Assembly (NCBI RefSeq): GCF_006345805.1
Contig: NC_043007.1
Location: 46,934,001-46,998,000, forward strand
Length of the DNA: 64,000 nucleotides
Direction: 5' to 3'
Origin: Octopus sinensis
Lineage: Eukaryota
Shown: positions 23,451 through 37,829 of the stretch, piece after piece
How the letters are laid out: each line of letters begins with the position of its first letter
Position numbering within the stretch: the stretch's first letter is position 1
Notes under the pieces: generated by a model
Told to the model about the DNA's origin: nothing
Databases searched by the model: none
Seen by the model: the letters and a program-made list of their open reading frames with translations, nothing else
Made by a program: the position numbers and the translations under genes

Positions 23451-25303
23451 GTGTTATAATTTTTTTATCGCATTCCGTTTCAAATTCAAATACCGTATAG
23501 ATCGACATGGTCATTCCGTAGACCATATCAGTCCCAGTCTGTACAGCATGATCCCATTTCAGTTGGATGTTTGTATGTATGTTCTGGATACCGATGCTTG
23601 AGAGGAAATTAAATAGGGTGACCGTTTGATAAAATGCATTCAGTTATCGATTAAATAACTTCGCGGCCAAATCTCATATCCTAGACCTCTCGGATTTGTC
23701 ATACTTTCGACGCTGATACAAAAATGTCATTCTAGTACTGAAATCGATACAATTCATTTTAATGTTGATCACTTTGTCCCATCATGATTAAACTTAAATA
23801 TCTTAAATAAACATAGTATACCGATCCGCATGTAAATTCACTTCCCCTTTTGAAATTTCCTAATTTCGAATGTTTGTATGTGGATCGTGCTGAAGCTATA
23901 TGCAAAAAATACAATCTACCCATATTAAACGTGACTTTGTTGAGATCCTCTAGATATGCAAGTCATAAAAGTCATCACAAACGATGTTCAATGGGTTACT
24001 TTAGATTATGAAGATATAGTAAAAGATATAGTAATAATGATAACGATAATTCTAAATATATACATGTACACACACACACGTACACATTTGGGTGTGTCAT
24101 GTGTCGTGTGTGTGTGTGTATGTGTGTGTGTGTGTTCGTGTGTGTGTGTGTATGTGTGTGTGTGTGTGCGTGTGTGTGTGTGTGAGTGTGTGTAGGCTGC
24201 TTTTTAACCAAAATTGTTTAAAATTAAAACCTTCTTAGAACTGCATAAAAAGTCTTAAGGAAAACATGTAAATTTTAAGACAAAATGAAAGGAGAAATAA
24301 ACGAACACAGATAAAAAAAGCAATATTATATAGGATCAGGAAAAGATTAAACTAGAATTAATTTTTTTTAAACTGAAGAAATAAATAACATCAACAAGAG
24401 CTGCAGCAAGAACAACAGCAATAATAATACTTGGAAGAAATAAAGAAAAGCGAATTGAAAGAAATTAATAAAAATAAGAAAAGATAAACGGCCCAACCCA
24501 CTTGTTATCAATATTTTCTTAAATCTCTTTATTATAAGTCTTGTATCAATATTATATAATCCCTGCTAAAATTGCAACGATATCTAAAGAAACCATGTTC
24601 GTTTTTATTCAATCTTCATGCTATTTATGTTTTAAAATTTTCTTCTATTTCAAGGGTTTTGCTTCGAATGCTAATATTTCTTTAATTCTGTTGTCTTTAG
24701 CAGAATTCCTGCTGTGATATTTTTTCGTTAATAATCCATATTGACATGTACAACAATTTTATACTAAAGGATTTTTACTTTCTTTTACTATTATATATGT
24801 CATGTTTAGAGAAAGTGGCTGAAAGAAACAGAACTGGTTATAAATATTTTTAAAAAAATGAATTCCTAGTCATTTCTGCATCCTTTCTCTCTGTTCTTTA
24901 GTTTGTCACACTATATACGAAATCAAGGGCCTATTATACGTGTTTCTGTGACCAGGCTGTTTTTCAATTTCATTGTCGTTAAACCACAGGTTCTCTCTCA
25001 GCAGGACAAACCCCAGAACATCTCAACAAATTTGTGCCATCTAGTCAAGTGTACTCTTTACACCCTTACAATAGGTGTGATACAAAATGAGTCACTGTCG
25101 ATATTTAAAGAGGGCGCCAAGTCGTTGATCACATCCCACAACATGATTGGAGTTAATCTGGCTGATCACTCTTCCTCTATCCAGGAAAATACTGTGTAAA
25201 CAGATGTGATACTTACGTTTAAATTCCACTAAAAATTCTCTCTCCTTCTTTTTTCTTGTTTCATACACACACATTCACACTCACTCACACACGCATATAT
25301 TTC

Positions 25304-25368
<65 letters not shown>

Positions 25369-25402
25369 TTACATACAAGGCCAAAGAGGGTACGGGCGCC
25401 GC

Positions 25403-25759
<357 letters not shown>

Positions 25760-26033
25760 ATATAAATTTAGCAATTAAGGACAACTACTTAATAAGGAAA
25801 ACTTAACAAGAAATTGTCAGGTGGATAGCGTAAAAACCTCATAAGAGAAAAAATTTCGAAAATAATTATTTCTTATTGAACATATTAATTTATATATAGA
25901 GGGCATTATATATACATGCCAGAAGGCATTATACATACATGCCAAACGCTAAGAGGGACAATCAGTCATTTCTACCAAAAATATTACTAATCCCACCGAA
26001 TGCAATTTTTCAAAGTAAGACATTTAAAAATAT

Positions 26034-26081
26034 AGACCTGTATCACAGTGATTTCATACTTACGTAATCATCAGCAGGCCT
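26034..26081 (-). ncRNA. Type I hammerhead ribozyme (minus-strand copy)
   Basis: Exact reverse complement of the 26308-26355 motif. Confidence 0.75.
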
Positions 26082-26307
26082 GAATGTATTATAAATAAAC
26101 AACGACCCTGCCCCGCTTAAGCCGATCAGCTAACTGATCAACATCAACGAAGCACATGGGTGAGTTTACATATATTACATCCGGGTAAATGGCAAACTTT
26201 TACGAATTGCATTTCGGGAGAGGAAAAGTTTTTTCGGAATAAAAATTTAGCAATTAAGGACAACTACTTAATAAGGGGCAGGGTCGTTGTTTATTTATAA
26301 TACATTC

Positions 26308-26355
26308 AGGCCTGCTGATGATTACGTAAGTATGAAATCACTGTGATACAGGTCT
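26308..26355 (+). ncRNA. Type I hammerhead ribozyme
   Basis: Stem I AGGCCTG/CAGGTCT; core CTGATGA (26315-26321); stem II T-TAC-GTAA-GTA-T; GAAA (26334-26337); near-palindromic stem III ATCAC-T-GTGAT; predicted cleavage after AUA at 26348. Confidence 0.78.
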
Positions 26356-26785
26356 ATATTTTTAAATGTCTTACTTTGAAAAATTGCATTCGGTGGGATT
26401 AGTAATATTTTTGGTAGAAATGACTGATTGTCCCTCTTAGCGTTTGGCATGTATGTATAATGCCTTCTGGCATGTATATATAATGCCCTCTATATATAAA
26501 TTAATATGTTCAGTAAGAAATAATTATTTTCGAAATTTTTTCTCTTATGAGGTTTTTACGCTATCTACCTGACAATTTCTTGTTAAGTTTTCCTTATTAA
26601 GTAGTTGTCCTTAATTGCTAAATTTTTATTCCGAAAAAACTTTTCCTCTCCCGAAATGCAATTCGTAAAAGTTTGCCATTTACCCGAATGTAATATATGT
26701 AAACTCACCCATGTGCTTCGTTGATGTTGATCAGTTAGCTGATCGGCTTAAGCGGGGCAGGGTCGTTGTTTATTATAATACATTC

Positions 26786-26833
26786 AGGCCTGCTGATGAT
26801 TACGTAAGTATGAAATCACTGTGATACAGGTCT
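26786..26833 (+). ncRNA. Type I hammerhead ribozyme (second tandem copy, +478 nt)
   Basis: Identical to 26308-26355; predicted cleavage after A26826. Confidence 0.78.
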
Positions 26834-26975
26834 ATATTTTTAAATGTCTTACTTTGAAAAATTGCATTCGGTGGGATTAGTAATATTTTTGGTAGAAATG
26901 ACTGATTGTCCCTCTTAGCGTTTGGCATGTATGTATAATGCCTTCTGGCATGTATATATAATGCCCTCTATATAT

Positions 26976-27047
<72 letters not shown>

Positions 27048-27051
<4 letters not shown>

Positions 27052-27300
27052 AGTCTGATCAGTAGGTATCCGGACTGTTGCCATATTAACGAAGTCAAAG
27101 CACGGAGAGTAAAGCCACTGGGCACAAATTGACCTTAAACGCTGTTGTGCGTGTGCACGAAGTTTCAACGTTCTAACGTACTTCTACCGCTTACGGCAGT
27201 GCTTAGAAAGAAGGTGTGTAGCGTGTGTAACCACCAGAACTGTTTCAACTGAGCCAGATCCACTGGATACCAACACGCTTATGTTGCTCATCATATATTT
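27048..27300. mobile_element. Probable mariner-type terminal fragment
   Basis: Starts at TA followed by CCTAGTCTGATCAGTAGGTATCCGGACTG, which resembles mariner terminal repeats; no matching second TIR identified. Confidence 0.3.
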
Positions 27301-27674
27301 TGGCAAGAATATTGTTGCTTTGTATGTCATCAAAGCGTTCGGCTTTGTCTGTGTTGCAGATCAGGTTTTCTAGCTCCACTCTTACCTCCACTCTTACCTC
27401 CACACTTCTCTTATCTCTTAGGTCGGTAACTGCCCTTCAGATTGCACAGTCATGGCATGTATTGACGGAAGTATTTATGTTCTATTCAAATTCATCCCTT
27501 GAATCCCTCAATACACGGTTTTTATTCTCAGCACATTTCCATCTGTTCGGCAATGATTTACTTATCGCCAATCGAACAACACCCACACTTCGGAAGAGAA
27601 TATTATCCTTTATCGTTTACTTGTTCCAGTCATTAGACTCCGGCCAGACTAGGGAACCGCCTAGAAGAATCGTA

Positions 27675-27723
<49 letters not shown>

Positions 27724-27964
27724 GTGTGTGTGTTTGAGTGAGTATGTGTGTATGTGTGTTTATATCCCAGTTATGCTTGTACTGATGAGCGGAGAACCTG
27801 GTAATACATGGTTACCCACAAAATCTTTAATGGTATACAACTAAACCTCTTTTTTATTGAAGAAATATCTGGTTTCATTACTTCCAAGTCGGCGCGTCTT
27901 TATACTTATTGAAGTAGTTTGACTTTAGACTTCCATTAAAGCGTTTGGCATTTACTATACGATG

Positions 27965-28100
27965 GACTTCTTTCAATTTCCGTCTGACATATCCACTCAC
28001 AAGGCTTAGGTTGGCCCGAGGTTGTAATAGAAGACACTTGCACAAGATGCTACACATACGGATTGAATTCTAAATCATGTAGTTTTGTAACAAAGCTTGG
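27965..28100 (-). mobile_element. SINE fragment (17364 family)
   Basis: Reverse complement of …CAAGTGTCTTCTA…GGGCCAACCTAAGCCTTGTGAGTGGAT…GACGGAAA. Confidence 0.7.
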
Positions 28101-31100
28101 ATTGCATGCCGAAGAAGTCCCTTCTTTACATCGACAGGAAACATTTCAGCTCACAACAGTTTCTGACAGTTTATATGGTTCAAATGAAGATAACCACGAA
28201 GTTCTGCTCCCATATTTCAGACTTTGCTACTGCTAAACAGACAAATAAAGTGAAGTGTCACTCGAAAGATTATTGTTATAATCACTAACAAACACATTTC
28301 GGCCTCCGATCCGCAAGCGAGCTATCTCCTTTCACTGTCTTGTACATGATTATAATAATGAATGTTGTTGATTGGAGCTGGTTGGTTAGACACGCAAACC
28401 GTTCGTCCTGCATTTTGTATCCAACCCTCCAAGATTAGATCGTTAAGTCTAGTCCTTCGGAAGTTCAACCCACTGGACATTTTGCCGAACTATCTCAAGC
28501 CTGCAAGTGTTAGCGTACAATGCTTGAAACGATACATTGTGGGCATCGAGTTCATCGGTCTTAGACAACATACAAAACGTATGGGAACAATGGCATTCTC
28601 CTTCCTTCAAAATCATCTAGTTAAATAAATAAGTAACACCAGGAACTGTAGAAACTGTGAAAGAAATTTACTGAAAATAACTCAAAATAACATGACTTTG
28701 AATCGAACTTGGAACCTAGTGATTACGAAACAGACTTCAGAACACTTGGTTATGTCTCAAGCTGTAAAGAATGATTTATGGTCTAGGAAAACTATTCATT
28801 ATCTTCTCTGATAGACAATAAATAAAAATAATAGAATAATGTTATAATATAGTGCAAACAAAGACCACGAAGTTGAATGATGATAATTTGCCGTTTGCAT
28901 AACAGATGACATTTATTGGTTAGTGAAAATAAAATTCAGAAATTTTCACTCTATCCTTAATATTATTAGCAGAGTGATACGGAATATAAGCTAAAACCGA
29001 GGTACGGATATATCTCAGTGGGAGCAGCTAATATTTCATTCACACATTTCATATGACGAAGTGGTAGAGAGCTATAAGGATTTCAAAGAGAAGTTATTTC
29101 AAAAGAGTGTTAATTGAAAATGTTGATTTATTTGATTGGAAACACCAGAGGATAGAGAATAGTTTTAAGTGATAGCAAAGGAAAGCATAAAATATTTAAA
29201 GGAAAGTGTATATTTAGTGATGAAGATTTATTCTAAACTCAGAAAGTTTAACACCAACATTTTTCTACAAATATAAGTGCTCCTTGATAAATATATAAAC
29301 GTAGATGGCAAGGTTTATGAAATACAGATCTTCGGCCTCGAATTCCGCAAACACCTAGAAGTGTATATTATATATTTCTCTTATTCACACCTTTAAATAA
29401 TCTCAGTAGAACTGGAATAATCCTAAGAGTTTAGAACAAAATACCTGGCGCAATTCTGTTGTCTGTCTGCGCTATATCAAATTATGTCAAGCCCATTGTC
29501 GGAGCCAAATTAATTGAAGCAGAATAAATTGCCAAATAAGAGTGGTGAATTGGTGTAATTCTCAGACCATCTGACGGGATACTTCGTGGTATTACTTTTG
29601 ACTGTATCAGTTCTGAGTTCTAAATTTATTTATAGACGTGGCAGCCACCATTAATCAACACATGGATGTCGTAGGCGTGGAATTCTAATTAATCTTACTG
29701 TAGATATTCTCTTATGTATATATACTACCAGATATTCTATGATATGTGTGTTTGTGCAATTGTGTGTGCTTGTGTGTATGCATGTGTGTATATACGTATG
29801 TTAATGCAATCAGACATCACGTGGCTTGTAACATCAGATAATGAAGAAACTTATTGACCCAAACTTGTTTGTTTCATATTCATTTAATGATGTTTTCTTT
29901 GCTTTCTGTATAAATTAATTAGGAAGAGGTGGATTAATGCACTAGTTTTTACAATATATCTTACGAACGACTTTAGACTCTCGGAGTATGGGCATTTAGA
30001 AATATCAGATATCGTCAATTCTGCAATGAGTTGTTCATCATCTGTGGGTCCAGGAAGTTTAAGTAATCAATGTTCAGTAATCCAGACCACGATTGACGAA
30101 GCTGATCTTCAGCAAGAGATGTAGTCACATAGGGAACGGGCAGTGAACTAGATAGTTGCCGCCTAACTTCGTATTCTAAGAGACTGAAACTATGGATTAG
30201 TACCGTTTTATTAGTGCTGATGTGTGGAATGCTGCAGACACCACAACAAGAATATTTTACCTATAGTTGTATATTTGTGCCACCCAATCATACTTGCTTG
30301 GCACAGACATTAGAACAATAGAAAGTAAGAAAGAACTAAACGTACGTCACTCTCCCGTTCTCACACGATATTTCCATTGCAAAATAAATTCAAAGCAACT
30401 CTGTATAAGACTGTAAGTCTATCACAGTTACTGAAGGTAACTATAAACCTCGCAGTATCTTCTAATTTGATATGACCATAAACCAACATTCCAGTTGTTC
30501 GCCGCGCATCGTATCTTTAATCCAGTGTCTCCGTATGTCACCCTCATCGGCCAGTGATCACCAGTTTTCAAGTTGTAGATATGTTTATCTATTTTCCCCA
30601 TGCCTCATTTAACTGCAGTTAAAACAGTTATGCACAAAGATTTCATCTTCCTGAAAACAAATTACCGAAGACGATTGAGTCCTCTGCGTTCATCAGTTTT
30701 TTGGCAATTCATATCTTTCATCACTATGGTATTAAAAAAATCATAATGCTCTCCAAGCCAGCTTGGTAGCATTACGAGGCTAGACGTAGACAAGCCAACT
30801 ACGTTACCAAGTTGTACTGAGCTACATTTCACCAGTAATACTCTTTCCACTCCCTCGCATGTTACCCTATTTATGTATATACAAGTGTAAGTATTTTGCG
30901 TATGAGCGAATTTTGGTGTGTACAAATAAATATACATATTTGTATATACGTACGTACATTCTTGCATACATGCATACGTATATGTGTATCTATGTACGTG
31001 TGTCTATAAACACTTGGAGGCAAAAAGATTTACAATGATAAAGAAAAGGAGAGGATTGGGGTCAATATGATTCTGTGGCAAAGAAAATCTATTTCTACGC

Positions 31101-31379
31101 CACACATTGATGACGTACGTGTGAGAAAAAGGAAATCAATAGCCTAAATTTAACATTGCTGACTCTAAATATATGAGTAGTCATGTTATTTTTATCTAAG
31201 AAACTTTTAAAATATCGGGCATTAACTTTCCGTTGTAGCATTAGAGAAGATCAATAATTGGGTGGGTTTTTAATAATAATGATTAATGAACAAACATACA
31301 GAGATCGCGCTTTATTTTGGAAGTGTAACAGAAAATTATTTCCTGTTTTTAAATGATTTCCTTGTTTCTCTTTGCATAC

Positions 31380-31935
31380 ATATAGATGTACTTAGGCATG
31401 TATGTATGTATGTGTATGTATGTATGTATGTATGTATGTATGTATGTATGTATGTATGCATGCATGTAAGTATGTGTGTGTATGTAGCTATACATGTATG
31501 TATGCATATGTATGTGTGTATGCAAGTATCTGTGCATGTGGTACGTATGTACGTATACACGCATGCATATATGTGTATAACTATGTATGCAAGCAGGTGT
31601 GTTTGTACGCATGTATATATATAGATATGCGTACGTATGTAATACGTATGTACGTATGTATACATACATGCATATATGTATGCATATAACTATCTATGTA
31701 TAGATGCATGCATGCATGCATATAAGTTTGTACGCATCCATACATATATACGTAGGACATATGTATATATATTTGTATATCTGTATGTTTGTTTTCTGCA
31801 TACATGTATATATGACTGTATGTGTGTATGTATGAACATACGTATGTAGGTAGGTATGTATATGCGTATGTATGTATGTACGTACGTATGAATGTACGTA
31901 CGTATGAATGTACGTACATACGTATGTATGTTTAC
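31380..31935. repeat. Complex (TATG/TACG/CATG)n low-complexity satellite
   Basis: Directly visible; source of several spurious M/Y/V/C/H/T-rich ORFs. Confidence 0.9.
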
Positions 31936-32217
31936 GTATTTTGTTTAAGAAATTACTCTTTTTTGGGAGAAAGGCATGTTGTACAATTAGAGATTATATA
32001 GATTTGGGAAGTTAAGAGATGGTTTTGTTGATTTAATTAAACTTTTAAAATTGCGGAAACATTATCAGTGACTTGTCGTTACGCAGTGATACGTTGGACT
32101 TGATAAGGCTACGCTCATCAGCGTTAGTCTAAAAAAATTCAATAGTGATGTTTAAGTGAATTATCTGTTTAGAGAAATATAATGAGGTAAAAAAGATATT
32201 TATAAGGAACTATCGCA

Positions 32218-32630
32218 GACGCAGGCTTGGATGTGTGGTGAGAAGTTTGCTTTGCATTCACATGATTTCGTTTTCACTCCCACAACGGGACAACTTGGGA
32301 AATTGTGATCTACTAAAAGCTCAGGCCGAACAAAGCCTTGTGACTGGATTCGGTACACGAAGACTGAAGGTAACCCGTTGTATGTGTGTGTGTGTCGGGG
32401 TACACCCTTCTTTGCGTTTGTGTTTGTCCCCCGCCTCGCCGCTTTACGACCAGTGATAGTGCGTTTACGTCCACGTACTTTAGTGATTTGGCAAAAGAGA
32501 AAGATAGAATACGTACCAGGTTTTAAAAATATAGAAAAGACTATTGGGGTCGATTAGTACAAAATTCCTGAAGAGTGTGTCACAGCATGGTCACAGCTAA
32601 ATGACTAAAGCCATTAAAAGGAAAAGGATA
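32218..32630 (+). mobile_element. Degenerate near-full SINE (17364 family)
   Basis: CGCAGG…TGTGTGGTGAGAAG head, AAAGCCTTGTGACTGGATT body and TGTGTTTGTCCCC 3' half. Confidence 0.7.
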
Positions 32631-33092
32631 AAAGAATGCATCCCAAGTCGGTTGTGTGAAATATGAAAACACGTTGTAGCTACATGCGAAGAGTCATCGA
32701 CGCTAGACGAGTTAAAATTAAACTATTGTAGATTGGTTCCTACAGCTTCTGAATGCCGAATGATATGAGTCAGAGCGGAACTTCTAAAAATCACCCATGA
32801 ATACAGGTATGAACTATGTACACAAATTTAAGAGTAATTTATATCATGAGACAATAGTGAACTAAATCCAGTAGAAATAATTCCTCTTATAATCTCATAA
32901 AAGACCAGAGTTGCAAGGGATATACATCTGAACAAAGACAAGGAGACAAAATGTTCATCCTTAAAATAAATGTTTGTGTAAATTAACAGATTCGGTCTAA
33001 CTTGGAAATCGTAAATTCATTTGGACTCATGAACGATATATAGCAGTAGCATATAAAGATTAGGTTTCGGGAACAATTAAATGATGATGACG

Positions 33093-33093
33093 A

Positions 33094-33160
<67 letters not shown>
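33093..33160. repeat. (TAG)n microsatellite
   Basis: Directly visible. Confidence 0.95.
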
Positions 33161-33164
<4 letters not shown>

Positions 33165-35067
33165 CTGGGGGTATTATAGGTCCCTATTTTATCAAAAGTG
33201 CTAACACACGTAAGCACTTTGCGTAAAAAATAGATGTTTGAAGCAACAGAGCAGAGTGACTGTTGGACCAGGCTAGTGCATTTAGGAGAAAAGAGTGGTT
33301 GACAGAATTAGAGTAAGAAGAGATCAGAACAGAACTAAACAAAGGGAGATCAAGTAGAGCAGCCAAACAGCATAAGTGATGTAGTTCAAGTCAAAATACA
33401 GCATACGAGAAATATATAATTGCGTCACGTGCGAAATAAGTGAGAAAGATTTTGGATGAATTGAAGGAAACAATGAATAAAGAAGAAAAGGAATAATTAA
33501 CAGCATTGAAAGGTGTTAATAGAAAGAAGTATATTTTGTGTAGACATTAAAGATATAGCTGACATTAATATATTGATTTATCCAGGAGAGGTAGTAGATA
33601 CTAGCAGAAATGGTGTTCCTCAGAAAAAGAAGAGGAAGGAAAAGATATGGAAAAGAATATTAGAAAATTGATTTAAGATTTAAGACAAGAATAAGAAGCC
33701 TGAAAACAAGACGAATTAGGACGCACAAGATTTAAATCTTCGCCTTAGTCAAGGAGAAAGAATTTAGAATAGCCATAGAAGAACTGAAACAGCGTATCAT
33801 AGCAATGGCAGGTTAGCTTTCCAGGCATCTGAAAAGAGCAGATTGTTTGAGACAGACCAGAAGAGATTTTATCACGAAATGAATAGATTAGAAGAAACTA
33901 ATGGAGATGAGAAACCTAATGCAGAGGAAGCTAGGAATTTGTCGGGTGATATCGGGGATAAGCCATTTAAGCATAATGGAGACGCTGTATAGTTAGAGAA
34001 AGTGAAAGAAGTAGTGGTTAGTAAGGGGTAGTCAGATCTAAAACAAACTAGTGCATTAATGAGTAAATTGTTATTACGGATGCCAAATAGGAAGGGCTCA
34101 GGATAAGCTGTAGTCCAAGGATTTTGATTAATGAAATTTAGTATCCTACATAGCAGACTGACCGAGGGAACTAATTAAGGAGTCGTAGCTACTTGGATGA
34201 CTAGAGGGAGAGCCGTTCTCCATACGAAACACAAAAGCAAAGGCAATATTGCTAGTAATTTAAGAGCAATCACTTGCTTACCATTGGCACAGGAACTGTT
34301 TATAGGAATGCTTTCAGAAAGCATTTATGAGCAACTTGACAGCCAGAATTTACTTCCAGAAGAACAGAAATGTTACAGGAAGAAGGCTAGATGAACGAAT
34401 GAGCTGTTGTACATAGGCAAAGCAGTCCTAATCGAAGTAAAATCTAGACAGAACAATTTAACAAAAGTGTAGATAGATTATAAGAAATCCTATGACATGA
34501 TTCCACACTCATGGATAAATGAATATTTCAGAATATTCAGTACTAAAGCCAACGTAAGAGAGTTAATTAGTTTTGGCATGAAGAATTAGAAAGTAGATCA
34601 GGCATTAAAAACTAATTAGATAAACGCCAAGATAGACAAAAATCAAGTAGGTTTCCATGTAGATTATGCAAATCAAAGGAGGAGAAATTTACTCATACAT
34701 TTAGTAAATGTAATATGAAGGAACAGGAAAAGTACCGGAAAAGACATATCCACTGGGTGTAATGTAGAAAGCTAGGATTCGACCATACTGATAACTGATA
34801 TAAACATGAACTCAGTAAAGTACTAGAAAGTAAAAGATATAAGGTAAGGAATATAAGCATTGAGACCGAGAGAGTAATAAAAGCTAGAATTCCTGATTTA
34901 GTAAAAGTAAACAAAGAGAATAGAGTACGTCACAACTATGTTGTGCAAATATGGTTGTGTTCCATGTGCCTGGTATACCCTTATGAGACGGTAGGCATGA
35001 CGGGTATATTGGGTTTTGTATCTTTTACCTCAGTGTCACTATGATATAATGCACTGCTCTCTCACTC
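33165..35067 (+). mobile_element. Decayed, internally deleted R4/Dong-like LINE (RT plus restriction-like endonuclease remnant)
   Basis: LLDQASAFRRKEWLTELE; WMTRGRAVL; SN.RAITCLPL; LLPEEQK; IDYKKSYDMIPHSWI; IKARIPDLVKVNKE (REL PD motif); ends at (TAA)n. Confidence 0.72.
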
Positions 35068-35079
35068 AATAATAATAAT

Positions 35080-35141
<62 letters not shown>

Positions 35142-35205
35142 TGACGATGATGATGACGCTGATGACGACGACGATGGTGTGATGCTGCTGCTGCTGCTGA
35201 TGATG
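35068..35205. repeat. (TAA)n followed by mixed GAT/GAC/GCT trinucleotide runs
   Basis: Directly visible. Confidence 0.93.
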
Positions 35206-35239
35206 ATATTTTCAAATTTTAGCAGAGAGGATAGCGATT

Positions 35240-36460
35240 TTAGGAGGCAGCAGTCCGTGGATTACATGAACTCCCTGCCTCCGCCTTCGCTTGATTTAGG
35301 ACTGAGCTTCAGTGAAAGAGACGAGCTGCAGAAGAGCGAGTCCGAAAACCGGTGACTACATCTGCTCATCGTAAATTGGTCGCTGGAAATGCAGCAACCA
35401 TAGCGTATATCTGCGCATCATCAACCACGGTTTTCACAATACTCCGCTCAGCGGTAGGTTAGAAGAAATGGAGCGCCTGATAAGTTGAATGCGCCCCTTC
35501 CGCAGAAAGAGGATGACTATGCGCTTCAGATTATATATGAACTGAGGCATGGCACGACAGTTAGACAGTATTATTTGGCGAAGTGAAGTATGCGTCCGCC
35601 TCCTCGGCTCTACCTTTCTCTCAAACTATTTCTGGAGGAGAATGGCCACCCTACTCGTCTCCTGCAGTTTTTCGACTAGGATATCTGAACCCGGCCAAAC
35701 CCTAAGGAACTTAAAAGGTCCGTCCAGCGTCCCACGACGCTTTGGGAACTCTTGGATCTACTTCTCCTTTTGCAGATTTGCTCCACCACCGTCTCAGAGC
35801 AGAGCCAAATCTGCCTATGTTGCTATGGGCGACAATATGACATCGATGTAGCCCGCGTAAGTGGACACAGTTCTCTCATATCATAGTTCGCATAGAATTG
35901 CTTGTAACGTCTCCAGTTTCTGCTGAGTATATGATTCCGTATGTTGCGACAATCCAACCGCAGATGACGGAACTGATACCGACCGCCGTAGGAACAACCA
36001 CAATGTATTAGCGTCCGAAACTGACCAGGTCCCCATCCAAACTAGTTTCTTTTTCTACCCTTTCTATGATGTATCACATGGGGTAGATATTGTCGTGGAT
36101 ACATCTGTTTGGAGCGGCGCCTGTCACTGCGTCACCAATGGAAGACATACGCTGATCTCTTGGCTAACACCTGAGTTAACATTTAGTCTCCGTCTAAGAA
36201 AATTTTGACCCTAGGTTTATCAATGTGATTCCTCTCGTTTGGGTCCTATTGTAGCAGTCCCACAGATTCTCACCTCAAAGAATGAGAATTCTCCCATTCA
36301 GCTGCCAGCTGCAAAAGAAATCTACCGAGTTCGTAGGACAAACCATTCAAATAAGGCGATTTTCCCCTCATGCAATCCAACCATGCCTTTCCGTTTTTTT
36401 TCTGCGGCTCTTATCACTTTCAGTAAAACTCTGCCTCTCTTGCTGAGATTTGAGGTTGTC
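35240..36460 (-). mobile_element. Old degenerate fragment of the same Tx1-like LINE lineage (RT region)
   Basis: Shares recognisable blocks with copies A-C, e.g. TGCGCATCATCAACCACGG, CCGTCCAGCGTCCCACGAC and ATCCAACCGC, collinear across the RT. Confidence 0.8.
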
Positions 36461-37175
36461 GGTTGAGAATAACAATGAAATATATCCTGGTTTCCGACCT
36501 ACCATGCATTTCTAAGAGTACTATTTTTCTAAAATAGTATATATGGGACGACAGTTTACTTTGTATCCTGGATATTTTTAATGAATAGTGGAGGATGTAG
36601 TGAGTATGAAGGGAGTTTGTTGTTAATCCTAGAGGTTTGAGAGACTGCGTAGATGGATGATCCATCATTCACTTTCCCTAGTTTGCATTTCTTACATATT
36701 CTTATGATGACTCCGTTCGAGCGAAATGCTAAATCCTATTGTCTCACGCCTGCGAAATACTTTCGATTTTTGTTTTAGTATGCTATTCACTGCCACACCT
36801 TAATTAAAAACAAAATATCCATCCCATTCTATGCAACTGCTTCCTATCAAAAGAGCCAACTTATATTACACGTGGTTCCTAATAGTTTGGGAAAGTTCTG
36901 ATAAATATATAACCCATTCACATAATACTTGAGTTCATTTTTGTTTTATTTTTCACAGTTCCAATACAAAAGTTAAATGATTCAAAAATATTTACATCTC
37001 AATTAAAATAATTAGTACAGGTGTTAATTCTATTGATATCTTTTAGGCAAATTTAATCAATTTATATAAAAAGCGAGAAAAAAAATTGAAGTAATTATAA
37101 GATAATCGCTATGATCATATGATTAACATTAATTAGATATATACATATATATATATATTGAATCATGCATATACT

Positions 37176-37207
<32 letters not shown>

Positions 37208-37493
37208 AGATATGCTAACTGTGCATTTATATGTAGGTACTGTTACATAAAAAAGTTGAAAGTAAATAGTAGTGTATCTTAAGTAAAGATATGTGAAAAG
37301 TTTATCTAAATATAAACGGATATGTGTTTGCGTATGTATATGTATATGTGTAAATACGTCTCATATGAATGAAAATATTTACCTAACTATATTATCCTAC
37401 ACCTAATCCCCCTCATTCTATATTTATCTCTCTGCGTCAATGTGTGTGTCTATGTTTGTATGTGTGTACGTAGACATATATACATGTGTAAAT

Positions 37494-37587
<94 letters not shown>

Positions 37588-37691
37588 TATGTGTGTATAT
37601 GTATATATATATAAATATATATATATACATACAAACACACACATATAAATACACACATACATATATATACATATATCTGTATATATACAGG

Positions 37692-37829
<138 letters not shown>

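Larger units (their letters stand above)
25763..26978. mobile_element. 478-bp unit in tandem and inverted arrangement (about 1.07 units, inversion, then about 1.46 units); PLE pseudo-LTR or retrozyme-like
   Basis: 25763-26275 forward; 26275-26978 is the reverse complement, circularly permuted; GG microhomology at the inversion; flanked on both sides by (TA)n. Confidence 0.88.

Noticed and set aside
24240-24860. Possible ancient GIY-YIG/PLE remnant on the minus strand
   Set aside because: Only faint similarity (RYRC…DYI) among many stops; cannot be supported without alignment.
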